Assembly (NCBI RefSeq): GCF_001186125.1
Contig: NW_014040534.1
Location: 194,701 to 228,622 of the forward strand
Origin: Sphaeroforma arctica JP610
Taxonomy: Eukaryota
Direction: 5' to 3'
DNA length: 33,922 nucleotides
Part shown: in pieces, positions 1 to 12,296 of the stretch
How positions within the stretch are numbered: the stretch's first letter is position 1
Layout: every line of letters starts with the position of its first letter
Program-made: the position numbers and the translations under genes
The notes under the pieces: model-generated
Database searches by the model: none
What the model saw: only the letters and a program-made list of their open reading frames with translations
Told to the model about the DNA's origin: nothing

Positions 1-7
1 GTATATA

Positions 8-58
<51 letters not shown>

Positions 59-301
59 CATACTGACATGCCCGTATATATATACCTCTCTTCGCACTCT
101 TGAAACCATGAAGATATTCTTGAAACGAACCCGTGATGTACTTGTAGATGTACTTGTACTTGTACGCTTAGCATACGCATGAAATGTCATATATACATCT
201 CGTCACCATTGTGTACATGTACATGCCTACTCTGTTGTAGACACTTACTTATGATCCATTGTAGATACGTACTATTAAACGTTTGATATTTGCGATACTA
301 G

Positions 302-1683
302 TTTCACCGCATGGGGTCGATGGACAGCCTATCCCACGTAGTCGTCGCCGGGCCCATGATCGTACGCGGCGAATCCAAAGAACGTATTGCACACCTCGAC
401 CGCAGCACCGGTGTACCGAAGAGCTCAGTCTCAACTGATAGCTATCCCAGTCACAGCCATACCAAATCGCTCTCAATTAGCACACCCATCCAGACCCCAC
501 CACACTGCCATGCACGCACACGAAGCGTAGGTTTGGATGTGTGCCTGGAGGTGACCGGGTTTATAGCACCCAGCCCTGCGGACAGTACAAGACTGATGTC
601 TAAGTGTAGCCGGATGTCGCTGGACATGGGCAATTGCTCGCCTGTCTCGAGTGTCGAGGACTTCAATGGTGGGTATTTGTTTTATGTAGTTTGTACATAC
701 ACCGTATGAGTGATGCGGGGTGTACAATTGACCTCAGCTGTTGTGTGTTGGACCGTGTGCTGGAAGGGTCTGTGTTATATATAGATAGCTGCAATGGTGA
801 TGTAGTGTTTTGGTTGTGGTTGATTGTGTCTTACTAGGCGGATGTTTACGAGTTGCCGATGTCGTTGGATGTGGGACAATTACTTGCACGTGCGTTGGAT
901 GTGGGACAATTGCTTGCACGTGCCTAGTGTCGACAACTTGCATGGCAGGTATTTGTACGTGGTTCAAACACAACATACCTACACAACAATATGCTATTCT
1001 GACTATAACTTTAAAATGAGCCGCTGTGTGCCGAATTGGTGTACTGAAGATGTTAATGTGACATCCCTATGGCCGTGTAGATGAGCAGTTGAGAGACTGA
1101 CGTGATTGATTTAGAAGTATAGGTTTGTCTCACTGGCACTTTATTTGCAGTCGTTCGCTCATGGCAAGTGCCGAGGACATGTAGAGACCTGAAATTTCTC
1201 TGTGACCAATTCAAAAAGCGTCGGTGTTGTCATATAGTTGTGCCTGGTTGGTACCTTGAGCCACTGTACTACTTCAATAGTGTCCGTGTCTGTGTGGTAC
1301 CCGATTTTGCACCGCACAAACCCGCCAACACCACCCCCAGCACCCCCGCAGTCAATGGGTCTGGATAGACATCCTTCGCCTGGTATACCTGACTGCCACG
1401 GTACCCTCCTCTCCATACCTCAAGTACTGATATCCCGTGTGACACTCCTTGCAGCCAGCATAGACGAGTTTGCCCCGCGCGCCACCTTTGCCATCCCCTC
1501 TACCAGCAACGCCAATCTGTACCGAAACAGCTCACCCGTGCTTGAGGAGGATAGCTCGAGCGGGACATTGTGTCTGTCTCTGTCGACTGGTTCAACGAGG
1601 TCGTCCAGATGGAAAGAGGGCGAGTTTGACCTGGCGCCCCCTCTCACAAAACCACCGGTCACAAAGCGGCGAAGCCTGCGAAA

Positions 1684-1714
<31 letters not shown>

Positions 1715-1910
1715 ACAAGTGGCAGGACGTATGTAACACGTGTTTGATATAGAATATCTATATATGCACTGCACGTACACACACACTGCAAAGGAATAAA
1801 GCAATAAAGCGCCTCAGCGTCTATCTCCGTCGAGGAGCTTGCCGAGTTCACTGAGCTTTTTAAGGCGAGATAAGAACGCTTCTCTGGCTGATCCACCGAT
1901 CCAAATGCGG

Positions 1911-1988
<78 letters not shown>

Positions 1989-2653
1989 NNNNNNNNNNNN
2001 NNNNNNNNNNNNNNNNNNNNNNNNNNNNNNNNNNNNNNNNNNNNNNNNNNNNNNNNNNNNNNNNNNNNNNNNNNNNNNNNNNNNNNNNNNNNNNNNNNNN
2101 NNNNNNNNNNNNNNNNNNNNNNNNNNNNNNNNNNNNNNNNNNNNNNNNNNNNNNNNNNNNNNNNNNNNNNNNNNNNNNNNNNNNNNNNNNNNNNNNNNNN
2201 NNNNNNNNNNNNNNNNNNNNNNNNNNNNNNNNNNNNNNNNNNNNNNNNNNNNNNNNNNNNNNNNNNNNNNNNNNNNNNNNNNNNNNNNNNNNNNNNNNNN
2301 NNNNNNNNNNNNNNNNNNNNNNNNNNNNNNNNNNNNNNNNNNNNNNNNNNNNNNNNNNNNNNNNNNNNNNNNNNNNNNNNNNNNNNNNNNNNNNNNNNNN
2401 NNNNNNNNNNNNNNNNNNNNNNNNNNNNNNNNNNNNNNNNNNNNNNNNNNNNNNNNNNNNNNNNNNNNNNNNNNNNNNNNNNNNNNNNNNNNNNNNNNNN
2501 NNNNNNNNNNNNNNNNNNNNNNNNNNNNNNNNNNNNNNNNNNNNNNNNNNNNNNNNNNNNNNNNNNNNNNNNNNNNNNNNNNNNNNNNNNNNNNNNNNNN
2601 NNNNNNNNNNNNNNNNNNNNNNNNNNNNNNNNNNNNNNNNNNNNNNNNTATAG

Positions 2654-2690
<37 letters not shown>

Positions 2691-4520
2691 TCTAATGTAT
2701 ACTTATACATACATAACAGGGGTATCGATGTACGAGAAACATACCTAGGATTTTTTCTACAACTGAAGAAGTACACAAGAACTCACACCATCTGTCTATT
2801 GTCTAAACGTATTGTTGTCAATTGCTCTTCATATGCAGCTTCCAAAGGCGGCATAAACCTAGTTTACAAACGTCCAGTCATGACGATATCCTTCAGTCCA
2901 CAGACTGTAGTCAGCCGCTACCAGAGACTGAAGTCGTTGAAGAAACCTCTTTGACCGTACAGGCACTAGCTTCACCGTCTGTGGTCCGGAAATCATCCAT
3001 GTATGTATTCTTACTGTTTATCCAGGTACATGCTGAACGTAGGTACATTCCCATTTGAGTAAATATTTACCTGTGAGGGAACGTACTCGTGTATGTTCAT
3101 ATTCATTTACACATATGCTGCCGTGTGAATGGAAGTCGTTTATGCAAGTGTTTATTCGTATACAAATACATATTTCGTGTACCGATACGTTGCCAGATAA
3201 ATAAATATCCTCTACATATATATTTAGCCCACAATCCTGTGTGCGGGAGCCATCCATTCAAGCATTTATTCTTTGTGAGTACATTCCCTATGCAGTCAAT
3301 ACACGGGTGAGTGTAGTCTACCTCGTGTCCATATGCCCATGCGCATATACCCTGCTATGCCCAAACATAGATTGCAGTTTACTAACAATCGGCTCGGTAC
3401 AATGCACCCATAATCCTTCTCTACCCAGCCTGAATGTATCCGACAGTATACCTTCCTGCTCATACTCCAGCACTTACATTTGTCAAAGTGTATAATTCTC
3501 GCCCATTCTCCCATACGGGATATACACTTCGAACGCATTCAACTCCCACAAATACGCATACAACTCCCACTATACAAGCGCTTACCCAGTCTCGGCTCAA
3601 TTCATGCAATGCAGTCTGCAGTACAAAATGTTCCATCGCTTGAGTCGAAAAGCCACCAAGGAAAACTTTGGCTCCGACACTAGGTCCAGTCCAGAGGTGT
3701 CTCAGATAAATGCCACCCCGAGCCCTGCGTCCACAGCCTCGATGTAAGTGTCTCTCACACAAAGTATGCAGTTGCAACGTGTCGTTCTTGCTCAACAGGC
3801 GATATGTGTGGTAAATACAGAGCATATGTGTGGCATTTTTAAAAATATATCTGTGGTATTTACAAAAGATATTTACAAACGATATCCGTGTCATTTCAGG
3901 TCGATGGGGGATGACGGCCAATATCCCGACCTCGACCTCAAGGCGCGTGTGCAGACGCTCAACGCAGGAATGTTCCGAACTTCCACGACGTCCAACAAGT
4001 CCGCCAATAAGATCCTCGAAGAGATAAAGAAAGCATGTTCTGCGAATAAGATCAAGTGGGTGCAGGAGGGCATGCTGGTGGTGTGTGTACTGAACTTGGA
4101 TAGTAATAAGAAGGTTAGCAAACTCTTCAAGAAGCTTTTAGAGGAGAATGGCATGAACCGTGAGGCGACCATCCGGTGGGAGATGGAGGTAAGGATTATA
4201 AATAAGTGATTATTTACCTATAGTGCTCGCTCAAAGACGTTTGTTCGTGTGTGTCTCCCGCCCATCGCTTTCGTCAGAGTGTATTATCACAATACAAATT
4301 CAGTTATTTATAACAAACTCGGTTTTGTTTTGTATCTCGATAGTTCGGCCCACGTTACAGACCCCCCCACCCACTTCATATTCCTTCACTCCGTCCCTCT
4401 CAGGTGGTGAAGATAGAACGGCTTAAACACTTGCACGGAATCAAACTTAAGCGAACGGGAGGCGACATATGGCTATACAAACAAGTGTGCGAGCGTCTCA
4501 TCAATCAAATGAGACTCTAA
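302..4520 (+). CDS. C-terminal part of a KA1-domain Ser/Thr kinase (MARK/Par-1/Kin1-like, AMPK-related); 5' kinase domain lies upstream of the window
   Basis: Predicted exons ~302-668, 1455-1686, 1802-1909, 2839-3000, 3615-3743, 3900-4188, 4404-4520 (TAA), with GT-AG borders and matching phases (1,2,2,2,2,0). The last two exons encode FRTSTTSNKSANKILEEIKKAC...IRWEMEV|VKIERLKHLHGIKLKRTGGDIWLYKQVCERLINQMRL*, the KA1 signature (TTS...EI; EV.K...L.G++.KR+.GD.W.YK..C..+L..+.L at the C-terminus). Upstream exons are Ser/Pro-rich linker and less certain, and an exon could hide in the 1989-2648 gap. Confidence 0.82.
830..960 (+). repeat. Degenerate intronic copy of the kinase exon end/donor, containing a 30-bp tandem duplication
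   Basis: CCGATGTCGTTGGATGTGGGACAATT...GTGTCGACAACTTGCATGGCAGGTATTTGT resembles exon end CGGATGTCGCTGGACATGGGCAATT...GTGTCGAGGACTTCAATGGTGGGTATTTGT (611-680). Confidence 0.75.
1913..2687. repeat. (TA)n/(GT)n microsatellites flanking an assembly gap (N 1989-2648)
   Basis: Seen directly. Confidence 0.95.
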
Positions 4521-5329
4521 CGCCGGATCGATCTGGTACCACATATGCCGTCACTCTTGCAAGCGATAAATAGACATAGTTGCCAATAAAACAGGACACC
4601 ATCACCAATTCCAGTGCGGTAAGAAATACATTCAGTTGCAAGTATTCGGGTGGGTCTGTGGTCTCGCATATTTCCAATACAATTCTACTTCATGATAGTG
4701 ACTGAACCGGTACGCATGAGCACCCAGCTCTGCATAGGACATACATGTATATATATAAATAAAGGAAGGCACCAACTTTTTCAAAACGTAAACTTGTCTT
4801 TCAATTGTTTGCTAGGTCTTTCCTGGTCATGGCAAAGAAACTATTTTTGGTTAGTTGAAATAAACAGATCAAAAGTAGGTCTCTACATGAGAACAATAAA
4901 GGCTACTGCGAGCGGAATCTATTACCCTGCTCGAGTCGTGACATAGTAAATATATAGGGATAGGTAGGAATGCATAAAATAATGGAAATAAATTCATCTC
5001 ATCTTCACTTTTCCAGTATTTTTATTGGCCTGCGTAACGACGTATATGAGACGAACAGAAGAAAATAATGGGTAAGAATAGCGGAAAGTGTGAGGTGAAG
5101 AGGTGACTGAAGAAAAAGTCTATTTTCTTATATTATACGGAGACAGTCACAATATATGAAGAAATACGAGGGGCCGCCGATGGATAATTAGAGGGCAGCC
5201 CCTGAAGATCACAATGTGTGATCTATGAACTTCCCCTTAATTCCCGAAGCCAGTTCCAAAGTATCACAATATAGAGAACGAAATTCTATGAATTTTGCGT
5301 CTGAGTGCCGCCGCAACCGCTAGGTCCCC

Positions 5330-5945
5330 ATGAAGCAGCTAGACGCTAGACGAAGGGAATATAACCCTGCTGTATCCCCGAACAGACTCAATAAATATAC
5401 CAAGGATGATGCCGGTACAATCGTTTGCGACTTCTACAGTTTGAGCACTGGCCACAAAACCTCGACAGAATGCATGTGGGCCAATACGGACACGATCAAC
5501 CAGCGTTAGAGAAACACGCGTCACGACGAAGTTTGCAGAGAGTTGTCGCCAGAGCATATTAATTGAGAGTTTGTGATCAAATATGTCCGTATTGGCGGCT
5601 AGTAGATCGCCTAAAAATACAACAACAACAAAAATATCGCCCCTGGTCCACTGGATGCTGGTGAGCATCTGCGGCAGGCAATCGATGTCCTCGCTTACGA
5701 TCCAGAGGCGTGTGTTGACCAGGTTGGACTCCAAAAAACGACGCATCAAAAACGAGAAAGGAAAAAAAGGTCTTTTTCGGAATCGGAGCGCCTATATTGT
5801 GACCGAAGTACAGTACTAGCGCGCCACAGTGAATCTCGACGTCATGTTGTTGAAGCACCACAAATATCCAGTCAGCGTAAATCACTAGCTTATGATTCGT
5901 ATCTTCCTCAGGATACATGCATCGTCGTCAGAAAGACCTCATAGC
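5330..5945 (+). pseudogene. Decayed ORF, possibly a retroelement gag/pre-RT fragment
   Basis: One frame reads MKQLDARRREYNPAVSPNRLNKYTKDDAGTIVCDFYSLSTGHKTSTECMWAN...*...KNIAPGPLDAGEHLRQAIDVLAYDPEAC with several stops. CDFY..GH..C resembles a mutated zinc knuckle, and the fragment abuts the DIRS relic. Confidence 0.3.
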
Positions 5946-7440
5946 CAGGCATAATTTCCCACCTCTTGTGGGCAGAGCTAAAGGTAGATAGTCGATCCGG
6001 ATGAACACTTACTTTGAGTAGTCTCCAAAACTTGACTATGAGGTACTCGTTGTCCACCGGCCGAAAAGGGTTGAATCCTGATACTCTGGCTCAGGATTGA
6101 TAGGTTGCGAGCACACCGTCGTATGTATTTACAGTACCGTCGACAGTACCGCCCGCCCCAATTCGATCTGTATCCAAAGTACGGGGTTGGTAATACCGCT
6201 GGTGGCTGAAGATTGAAGAAGGCGGTTACGAATCTCAATGAGGGAATCGGTCGTCCCAATTGCTGACCAATATGTTTGGGATAGTGTACTACACCTTATT
6301 TAGGAGCTGGCCGTGCGTCCGGTGTGTCAGATGATGCGGTCATCGCGGAGCCTTGGGCCAATTGGGGGCTATCAGGACTGTCGATATATTTTTTTGTTTA
6401 GAGCTGGCAGAGTACCTACCCTATCTTTGATTCCGTCGGCCCGTAGCCAGCAAGTAGCAAACCCTGTATATAACCGATCATCCACCAATCAATATTTGAC
6501 AGCCTTACACATCTTCCTTCTCGCTGAGAAAGTACAGGGGGCTCACATAGCTGATGGGTTTGCCCTCCCTGGGAAAAATGAATTCATTTTTCCACATAGC
6601 TGATGGGTTTGCCCTCCCTGGGAAAAATGAATTCATTTTTCCAGTCTTGAAGGCGGAGACTTCCCAGTCAGCTGGAAGCTGTACAACCTCTAGCTTAACT
6701 CGCCCTGGGAACTGATTGTGTGGGTCCTTGCTAAAGTCATTGCAACAGATGTTGAAGTCGAAGTAATTCTGCTCTGCCCATACATACCGTCCATGTTTTC
6801 AACTGTGGTGCCTTTGCTAGTCCGTGAGCCAGTTGTTGTCCCTCCAGTACCAGGCGCTTTCCTGCGTTATGGTCATGAACCAATATCCGTCGTATTTGCG
6901 GCTACAGGGACAACTATTTTGGCCCAGTATCTATAGATTAGCGCCAATCCCAGTAGGAAAGTTTCTTCCTACGTGACTTCGTCACATTCAATGCTGAATT
7001 GAGATGGTTTAGCACCAGCCAAACCCTGCCACGTACATGCTGGTGGTTGCAGGAAAAACTGTAGAATGTTCGGTTTCAAATCAGGCGCTAAATTATACCT
7101 ATCACCGCCTCTTTTGATCAAAGCACTGCTGTGGTGATGAAAGATCCTTATGAGTTGTTGCTTTTCCATTATTCACTTTTTACCCAGATTACGATCGGTG
7201 GACACAAGTGACTGTGGCGCGGGACTATCAGATCAGCTATCTTCAACTTCCTGCACACGGCGTACACATTCTTTGACATCCCTGAGCCTCGTAGAGCCTT
7301 TCTCCACGCAGCCTGGTATAATACGTCGCACAAAGTCTGTGGACCCCGAATAAGCAACATAGCTCAAAGTCTAGCGTTTGCTTCATCTCCTGAGTTCAGT
7401 GTGCCAAAAAAGCCTTTGAATATACATCAGCTTAGGTCGG
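5920..7440 (-). mobile_element. Degenerate DIRS-like (tyrosine-recombinase) retrotransposon fragment: RNase H + methyltransferase-like domain + start of YR ORF
   Basis: The minus-strand translation, broken by stops and frameshifts, gives in order: FFGTLNSGDEANARL (RT-RNH linker-like, ~7360-7410); EETFLLGLAL and WYWRDNNW (RNase H E and DN motifs, ~6830-6970); NICCNDFSKD (like N..AD.LSR); ADWEVSAF (~6650-6675); IDWW...SKIG*VL; STVLIAPNWPKAPR*P (~6340-6385; the DIRS MT-domain LIAPxWPxxxW motif); then GFNPFRPVDNEYLIVKFWRLLKVSVHPDRLSTFSSAHKRW (YR N-terminal SAM-like). No RT YxDD core or terminal repeats seen. Confidence 0.62.
6544..6643. repeat. Exact 49-bp tandem duplication, each unit ending in a perfect 22-bp palindrome GGAAAAATGAATTCATTTTTCC
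   Basis: CACATAGCTGATGGGTTTGCCCTCCCTGGGAAAAATGAATTCATTTTTC x2; palindromes at 6572-6593 and 6621-6642. Confidence 0.95.
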
Positions 7441-7470
7441 CCTAGGCCTTGCACCACCCCCCTTTGTGAG

Positions 7471-7552
7471 AGCAGGTCCCACATATCCCTAACCCTCCAG
7501 TTAACCATCCAAGCAGGTCTCACATATTCCTAACCCTCCAGTCAACCATCCA
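7471..7552. repeat. 41-bp tandem duplication near the edge of the DIRS relic
   Basis: AGCAGGTCYCACATATYCCTAACCCTCCAGTYAACCATCCA x2. Confidence 0.9.
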
Positions 7553-10133
7553 AAACCTCTCACAGTCATAGTCTCTGCCAAAGTTATAAAAATTTCCAGA
7601 TAGTCACAACAACCACACTCCCGTACGAGACGGAGTTAATGGCGACTTCTTCGTAAAAAAAACCGGTACTTTGATCCCGGTCTACGACGTGACAAGAATG
7701 ATGTGTGACCAGCCCTGGGGGCTAGTGTCGAACAACAGCACACCAAGTCAGTAGATAACAGTGAAAAATGAGAAGCATGGATGCAAACTCATAATAGTTT
7801 AATAGTAGCAAGCCAAAAGTTATAAAGTAGAAGATCCTGACCTGAATTTTCATAATAAGTACTGTTCCAGAAAATGTTATCAGCACCTTTGCCTGATAGA
7901 CAATTTGGTGACAAGAGTCACCACAAAGTAAACTACTCTTCAAACAGATGCAGTAATTGCTACCAGTCTCGCTGGGGTATACGGATAAAATTCTACACTC
8001 TAGGAATCAAGCGTTCTTAAATGAAAACACTCGTTTATAACACGTGGTAAACGTAATCAAAGCGGGCAAAGTAATAGATCAAGTATTCGAGAAAACTATT
8101 CGAGAAAACTAGTATATACGCAGAACAAGATATTCAGAAAAACTACATGAACGAGCTATGCAAACGAGTATAAGAATTAGAATGGCCGTTTAGAAAAAGG
8201 CGAGAGAAAGGGGCGTGAAAAAGCAGGACTTTCGCTGCTTGAAGGTAGCAATTCGGTTGTAGAGGCTGGTGTATTCTCTATTTTACATGTCGATTCGTTT
8301 CAGTCAGGCCTTACTTACAATATAAAACTTCAGTACATAGGTCGAAGAAGGGGTATTCCTTCTGTGAGAGTGAAATGCTTAATCTCAGGGGAAGAATCTA
8401 TGAAAATGGTATGTACAGGCGTGTCCAGTACGCGTGTAAACTTTCGCAGACAGTGGTTTAGAAAGGTTCGTCTAAATTTGGACACAATTATCATTATTGC
8501 TAATGGATATCACCGGCGTACAATATCTATTGGTTTGTCATCAAACCCTAACCAGTAAACAGCCTACGCCTCAGCTAGTAGCGCGCCGAACCTTGCAGTC
8601 ATCCCACCACAATCACCTGATGAAAACTTTACTATAAATTTTGCACCTATTAGCGAAAGTGGCAATGAGTGATGATAATCGATGGTCGGTGTACATCCTG
8701 TTCTTCCCTTGATTCTCGTTTTAAAATCTTTGCAAAATGTACCCCGCGATTTTGTCCAAACTTTAATATCGACGTACTTCGTACACTACAACAGACTTAA
8801 GAACGCGAAGGCAAAAGGCGAAGGTAATTGCCCACGCCTGAGCATTGAATGACGTTGCAGAGGTGGATCGCCAAATCGAAACAAGAATGCGGTGATCCGC
8901 ATCTCATATAGTCAGCGTCCTTAAACACTACGCTGTACTCAAGTACCCCTTTCCAATTCTCTGAGCAAATCTAGAGTTCACTATGTACTCCGACATTGCT
9001 TTAATGACTATCATAGCAGTACAACTTGATTGCATTCGTAGCGTGAGACGATTTGAATTGCAGATGGTAGCAATCTGGCAAAATACACAACATTCGAAAT
9101 CCCTAAATAGCAGTTTTTGAAGCAATTATGTTCTCTCTAAACACAAACGGTAACTGTAAGTGCATGCGGCGCAGAATCATGTGTACAAAGTTAATGTGTG
9201 TGTAGAACATACACGACCAAATGTCTGTGCGGCACGCGTGCTATGAGTGTGTAGTATTTGTGTGCCTATAATGCTTGTGTACATGTGTGTAATACACACG
9301 CAGTATAGTTGTGAGAGGAAGGAGATACTCGACTGGCTACACCCTCTCAATGTCAGAAAAGAACCCCCTCTCATGTGGGTCGGGAAACACGCACCGCTTG
9401 CCACTACGTATACAGCAATGTCGTTAACTTCCCTCCATAGTGAGAAGTAGGTCACATCGCACCCAGAAGTACTCAGTCCACCTTGTATTCCACTGCCACG
9501 GTGTATCATGAGCGCCTCATCTGAGCGCCCGTTTCATCTCCCTTATAATCCTTGAGAAGAGTGGGATAAGACATGAACCAGCGAACACTTCCCAAGGAAA
9601 TTCTTCCCCCCAAATCGGTCCTACAGTGCATATTAATATTCAAGCTTGGTCTCCACGTGCTCGTTGTCAAGCACATAACCATCTTTGCCATGTCACTTTG
9701 CAGGTCTCATGTGGGGGTTCGCAGACGAACCTTCACGTTTATCTGTACCCGGATGTATATTAATATTGAACCGGGATTCTCATAGTCACCTCGCACTGAC
9801 AATTACTTTACCTGCGGCGTTCACACCAGCTTATAGTTTATGCCCGTTACTTGATGCCGGCCCTTCTGATTGTACACCAGCAAGGTGACATCTACCTATG
9901 CAGTCACATCTGAGCTATTGGAATCGTCTATATCTGCGCCCAAACCTGAGCCAACAGGACCATTTGTATCGGCAGTTACACTCTAGCTGATTCATTCAAT
10001 TGTCTGTGCTTTCGAATCAACTTATAGACTGGCGCTTGCACCTGAGAATGTGCACATCCAACTGAAACTGTCGTTTTGCAATGTACCTACATCGACACCT
10101 GTGTAGATGGGACTTGATGGGCGTGTACTTGAG

Positions 10134-12117
10134 CTAATTAGAGCTGTTTATATCCGCATCTGTATCTACTTGTATACACGCAGTGGTGTCTACAACTGGA
10201 TCTGCATCTGCAGGTGAACCGGGGATAGTATCTGAATTTATCTTTCCACTTAAATCCGCTCCGGGAGGACAGTTTGCATCTGTATCGACTGTCCCTTCCC
10301 TGAGGCGCGAGCAGGGAGGCGTCAACTCTCGCGTGTGTATACTCTTCTGTGGACACATATCTGCATTCTGGTCAGTCTCCTGTACATCCACAGAAAGTTC
10401 CCCAAGTGTCGCATCTTCACTCTGCAGACCTTCAACCGTCCCATGGAGCCCCTGGTCACGTACAGTACTTTCCTTAATAACTTCACCGTGCACACTATCA
10501 CTTGGCCCGGCTAGCACCCCTTTAGCGCTATCCTCCCCGTGTATGACAGCGTCTGGTGTCACCGAAAACGACACACGCGGTGGCTCTGAAGGTGTTCTGC
10601 GATGGTGCGTACCACCTTCAAAAACATTATCAACATCCCCAGTCTTATCCTCATCTCCACCAGCACTTCCCTTACTCACTACCATAGCTGTACCACTGGT
10701 ACTGAATCCAGTGGTATACTCAGGCCCATGCTTTGACGGGGACGTAGGCGCAGTAGAACTCTCCCTACTTGGCGTAGCATTGTTCTGCCCAATGTTACTG
10801 CTTAAATTGTCAGCAACTATACTCTCCCGTGTGCGGTGGTGTGTACTCTCGGTGACATCCTCTCCCTCATCCAATCCCGAGTAGCTATGAGAAATGGGTG
10901 TGTTCGCGCGTGGGTGTCTATTCTGCAGAGATCCTAACTCAGGATCACTTGTGTAGGTCTTGGCGCAGTCTACGAAAAATTTACCATATGCACAGTAAAG
11001 ATCCACAAGTTGATGTTCCATCTGCGCATCGTGTGAAGAGAGAATGGAGGTACACGGTAACATGGATATATGTATCTACCCATCAAAAACCAGCCACGTA
11101 ATGTGACCAGTATGCTTTTCTACAATATTCCGTCATATCCTGAGCAACCATAACTGTATCATCCACTATCATATATATATTTATATAAATATATATATAT
11201 ATCTATATATATATATATGTACATACATATTCATATATANNNNNNNNNNNNNNNNNNNNNNNNNNNNNNNNNNNNNNNNNNNNNNNNNNNNNNNNNNNNN
11301 NNNNNNNNNNNNNNNNNNNNNNNNNNNNNNNNNNNNNNNNNNNNNNNNNNNNNNNNNNNNNNNNNNNNNNNNNNNNNNNNNNNNNNNNNNNNNNNNNNNN
11401 NNNNNNNNNNNNNNNNNNNNNNNNNNNNNNNNNNNNNNNNNNNNNNNNNNNNNNNNNNNNNNNNNNNNNNNNNNNNNNNNNNNNNNNNNNNNNNNNNNNN
11501 NNNNNNNNNNNNNNNNNNNNNNNNNNNNNNNNNNNNNNNNNNNNNNNNNNNNNNNNNNNNNNNNNNNNNNNNNNNNNNNNNNNNNNNNNNNNNNNNNNNN
11601 NNNNNNNNNNNNNNNNNNNNNNNNNNNNNNNNNNNNNNNNNNNNNNNNNNNNNNNNNNNNNNNNNNNNNNNNNNNNNNNNNNNNNNNNNNNNNNNNNNNN
11701 NNNNNNNNNNNNNNNNNNNNNNNNNNNNNNNNNNNNNNNNNNNNNNNNNNNNNNNNNNNNNNNNNNNNNNNNNNNNNNNNNNNNNNNNNNNNNNNNNNNN
11801 NNNNNNNNNNNNNNNNNNNNNNNNNNNNNNNNNNNNNNNNNNNNNNNNNNNNNNNNNNNNNNNNNNNNNNNNNNNNNNNNNNNNNNNNNNNNNNNNNNNN
11901 NNNNNNNNNNNNNNNNNNNNNNNNNNNNNNNNNNNNNNNNNNNNNNNNNNNNNNNNNNNNNNNNNNNNNNNNNNNNNNNNNNNNNNNNNNNNNNNNNNNN
12001 NNNNNNNNNNNNNNNNNNNNNNNNNNNNNNNNNNNNNNNNNNNNNNNNNNNNNNNNNNNNNNNNNNNNNNNNNNNNNNNNNNNNNNNNNNNNNNNNNNNN
12101 NNNNNNNNNNNNNNNNN

Positions 12118-12151
<34 letters not shown>

Positions 12152-12156
12152 TATAT

Positions 12157-12190
<34 letters not shown>

Positions 12191-12263
12191 ATATATATAT
12201 TAATAGATATACATGATATATATATATTTACTACACACACACACACGCGCACACGCACACACG

Positions 12264-12296
<33 letters not shown>

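Noticed and set aside
1814..2954. Long ORFs across N gaps (also 11181-12203 and 32181-32553)
   Set aside because: Artefacts of N runs and dinucleotide repeats.
7560..9150. Possible additional transposon or gene in the intergenic stretch
   Set aside because: Only short ORFs; I could not recognise any transposase motif, terminal repeat or target-site duplication.
10183..10884. 233-aa plus-strand ORF
   Set aside because: Antisense shadow of the arfaptin-like last exon, with no recognisable motifs.
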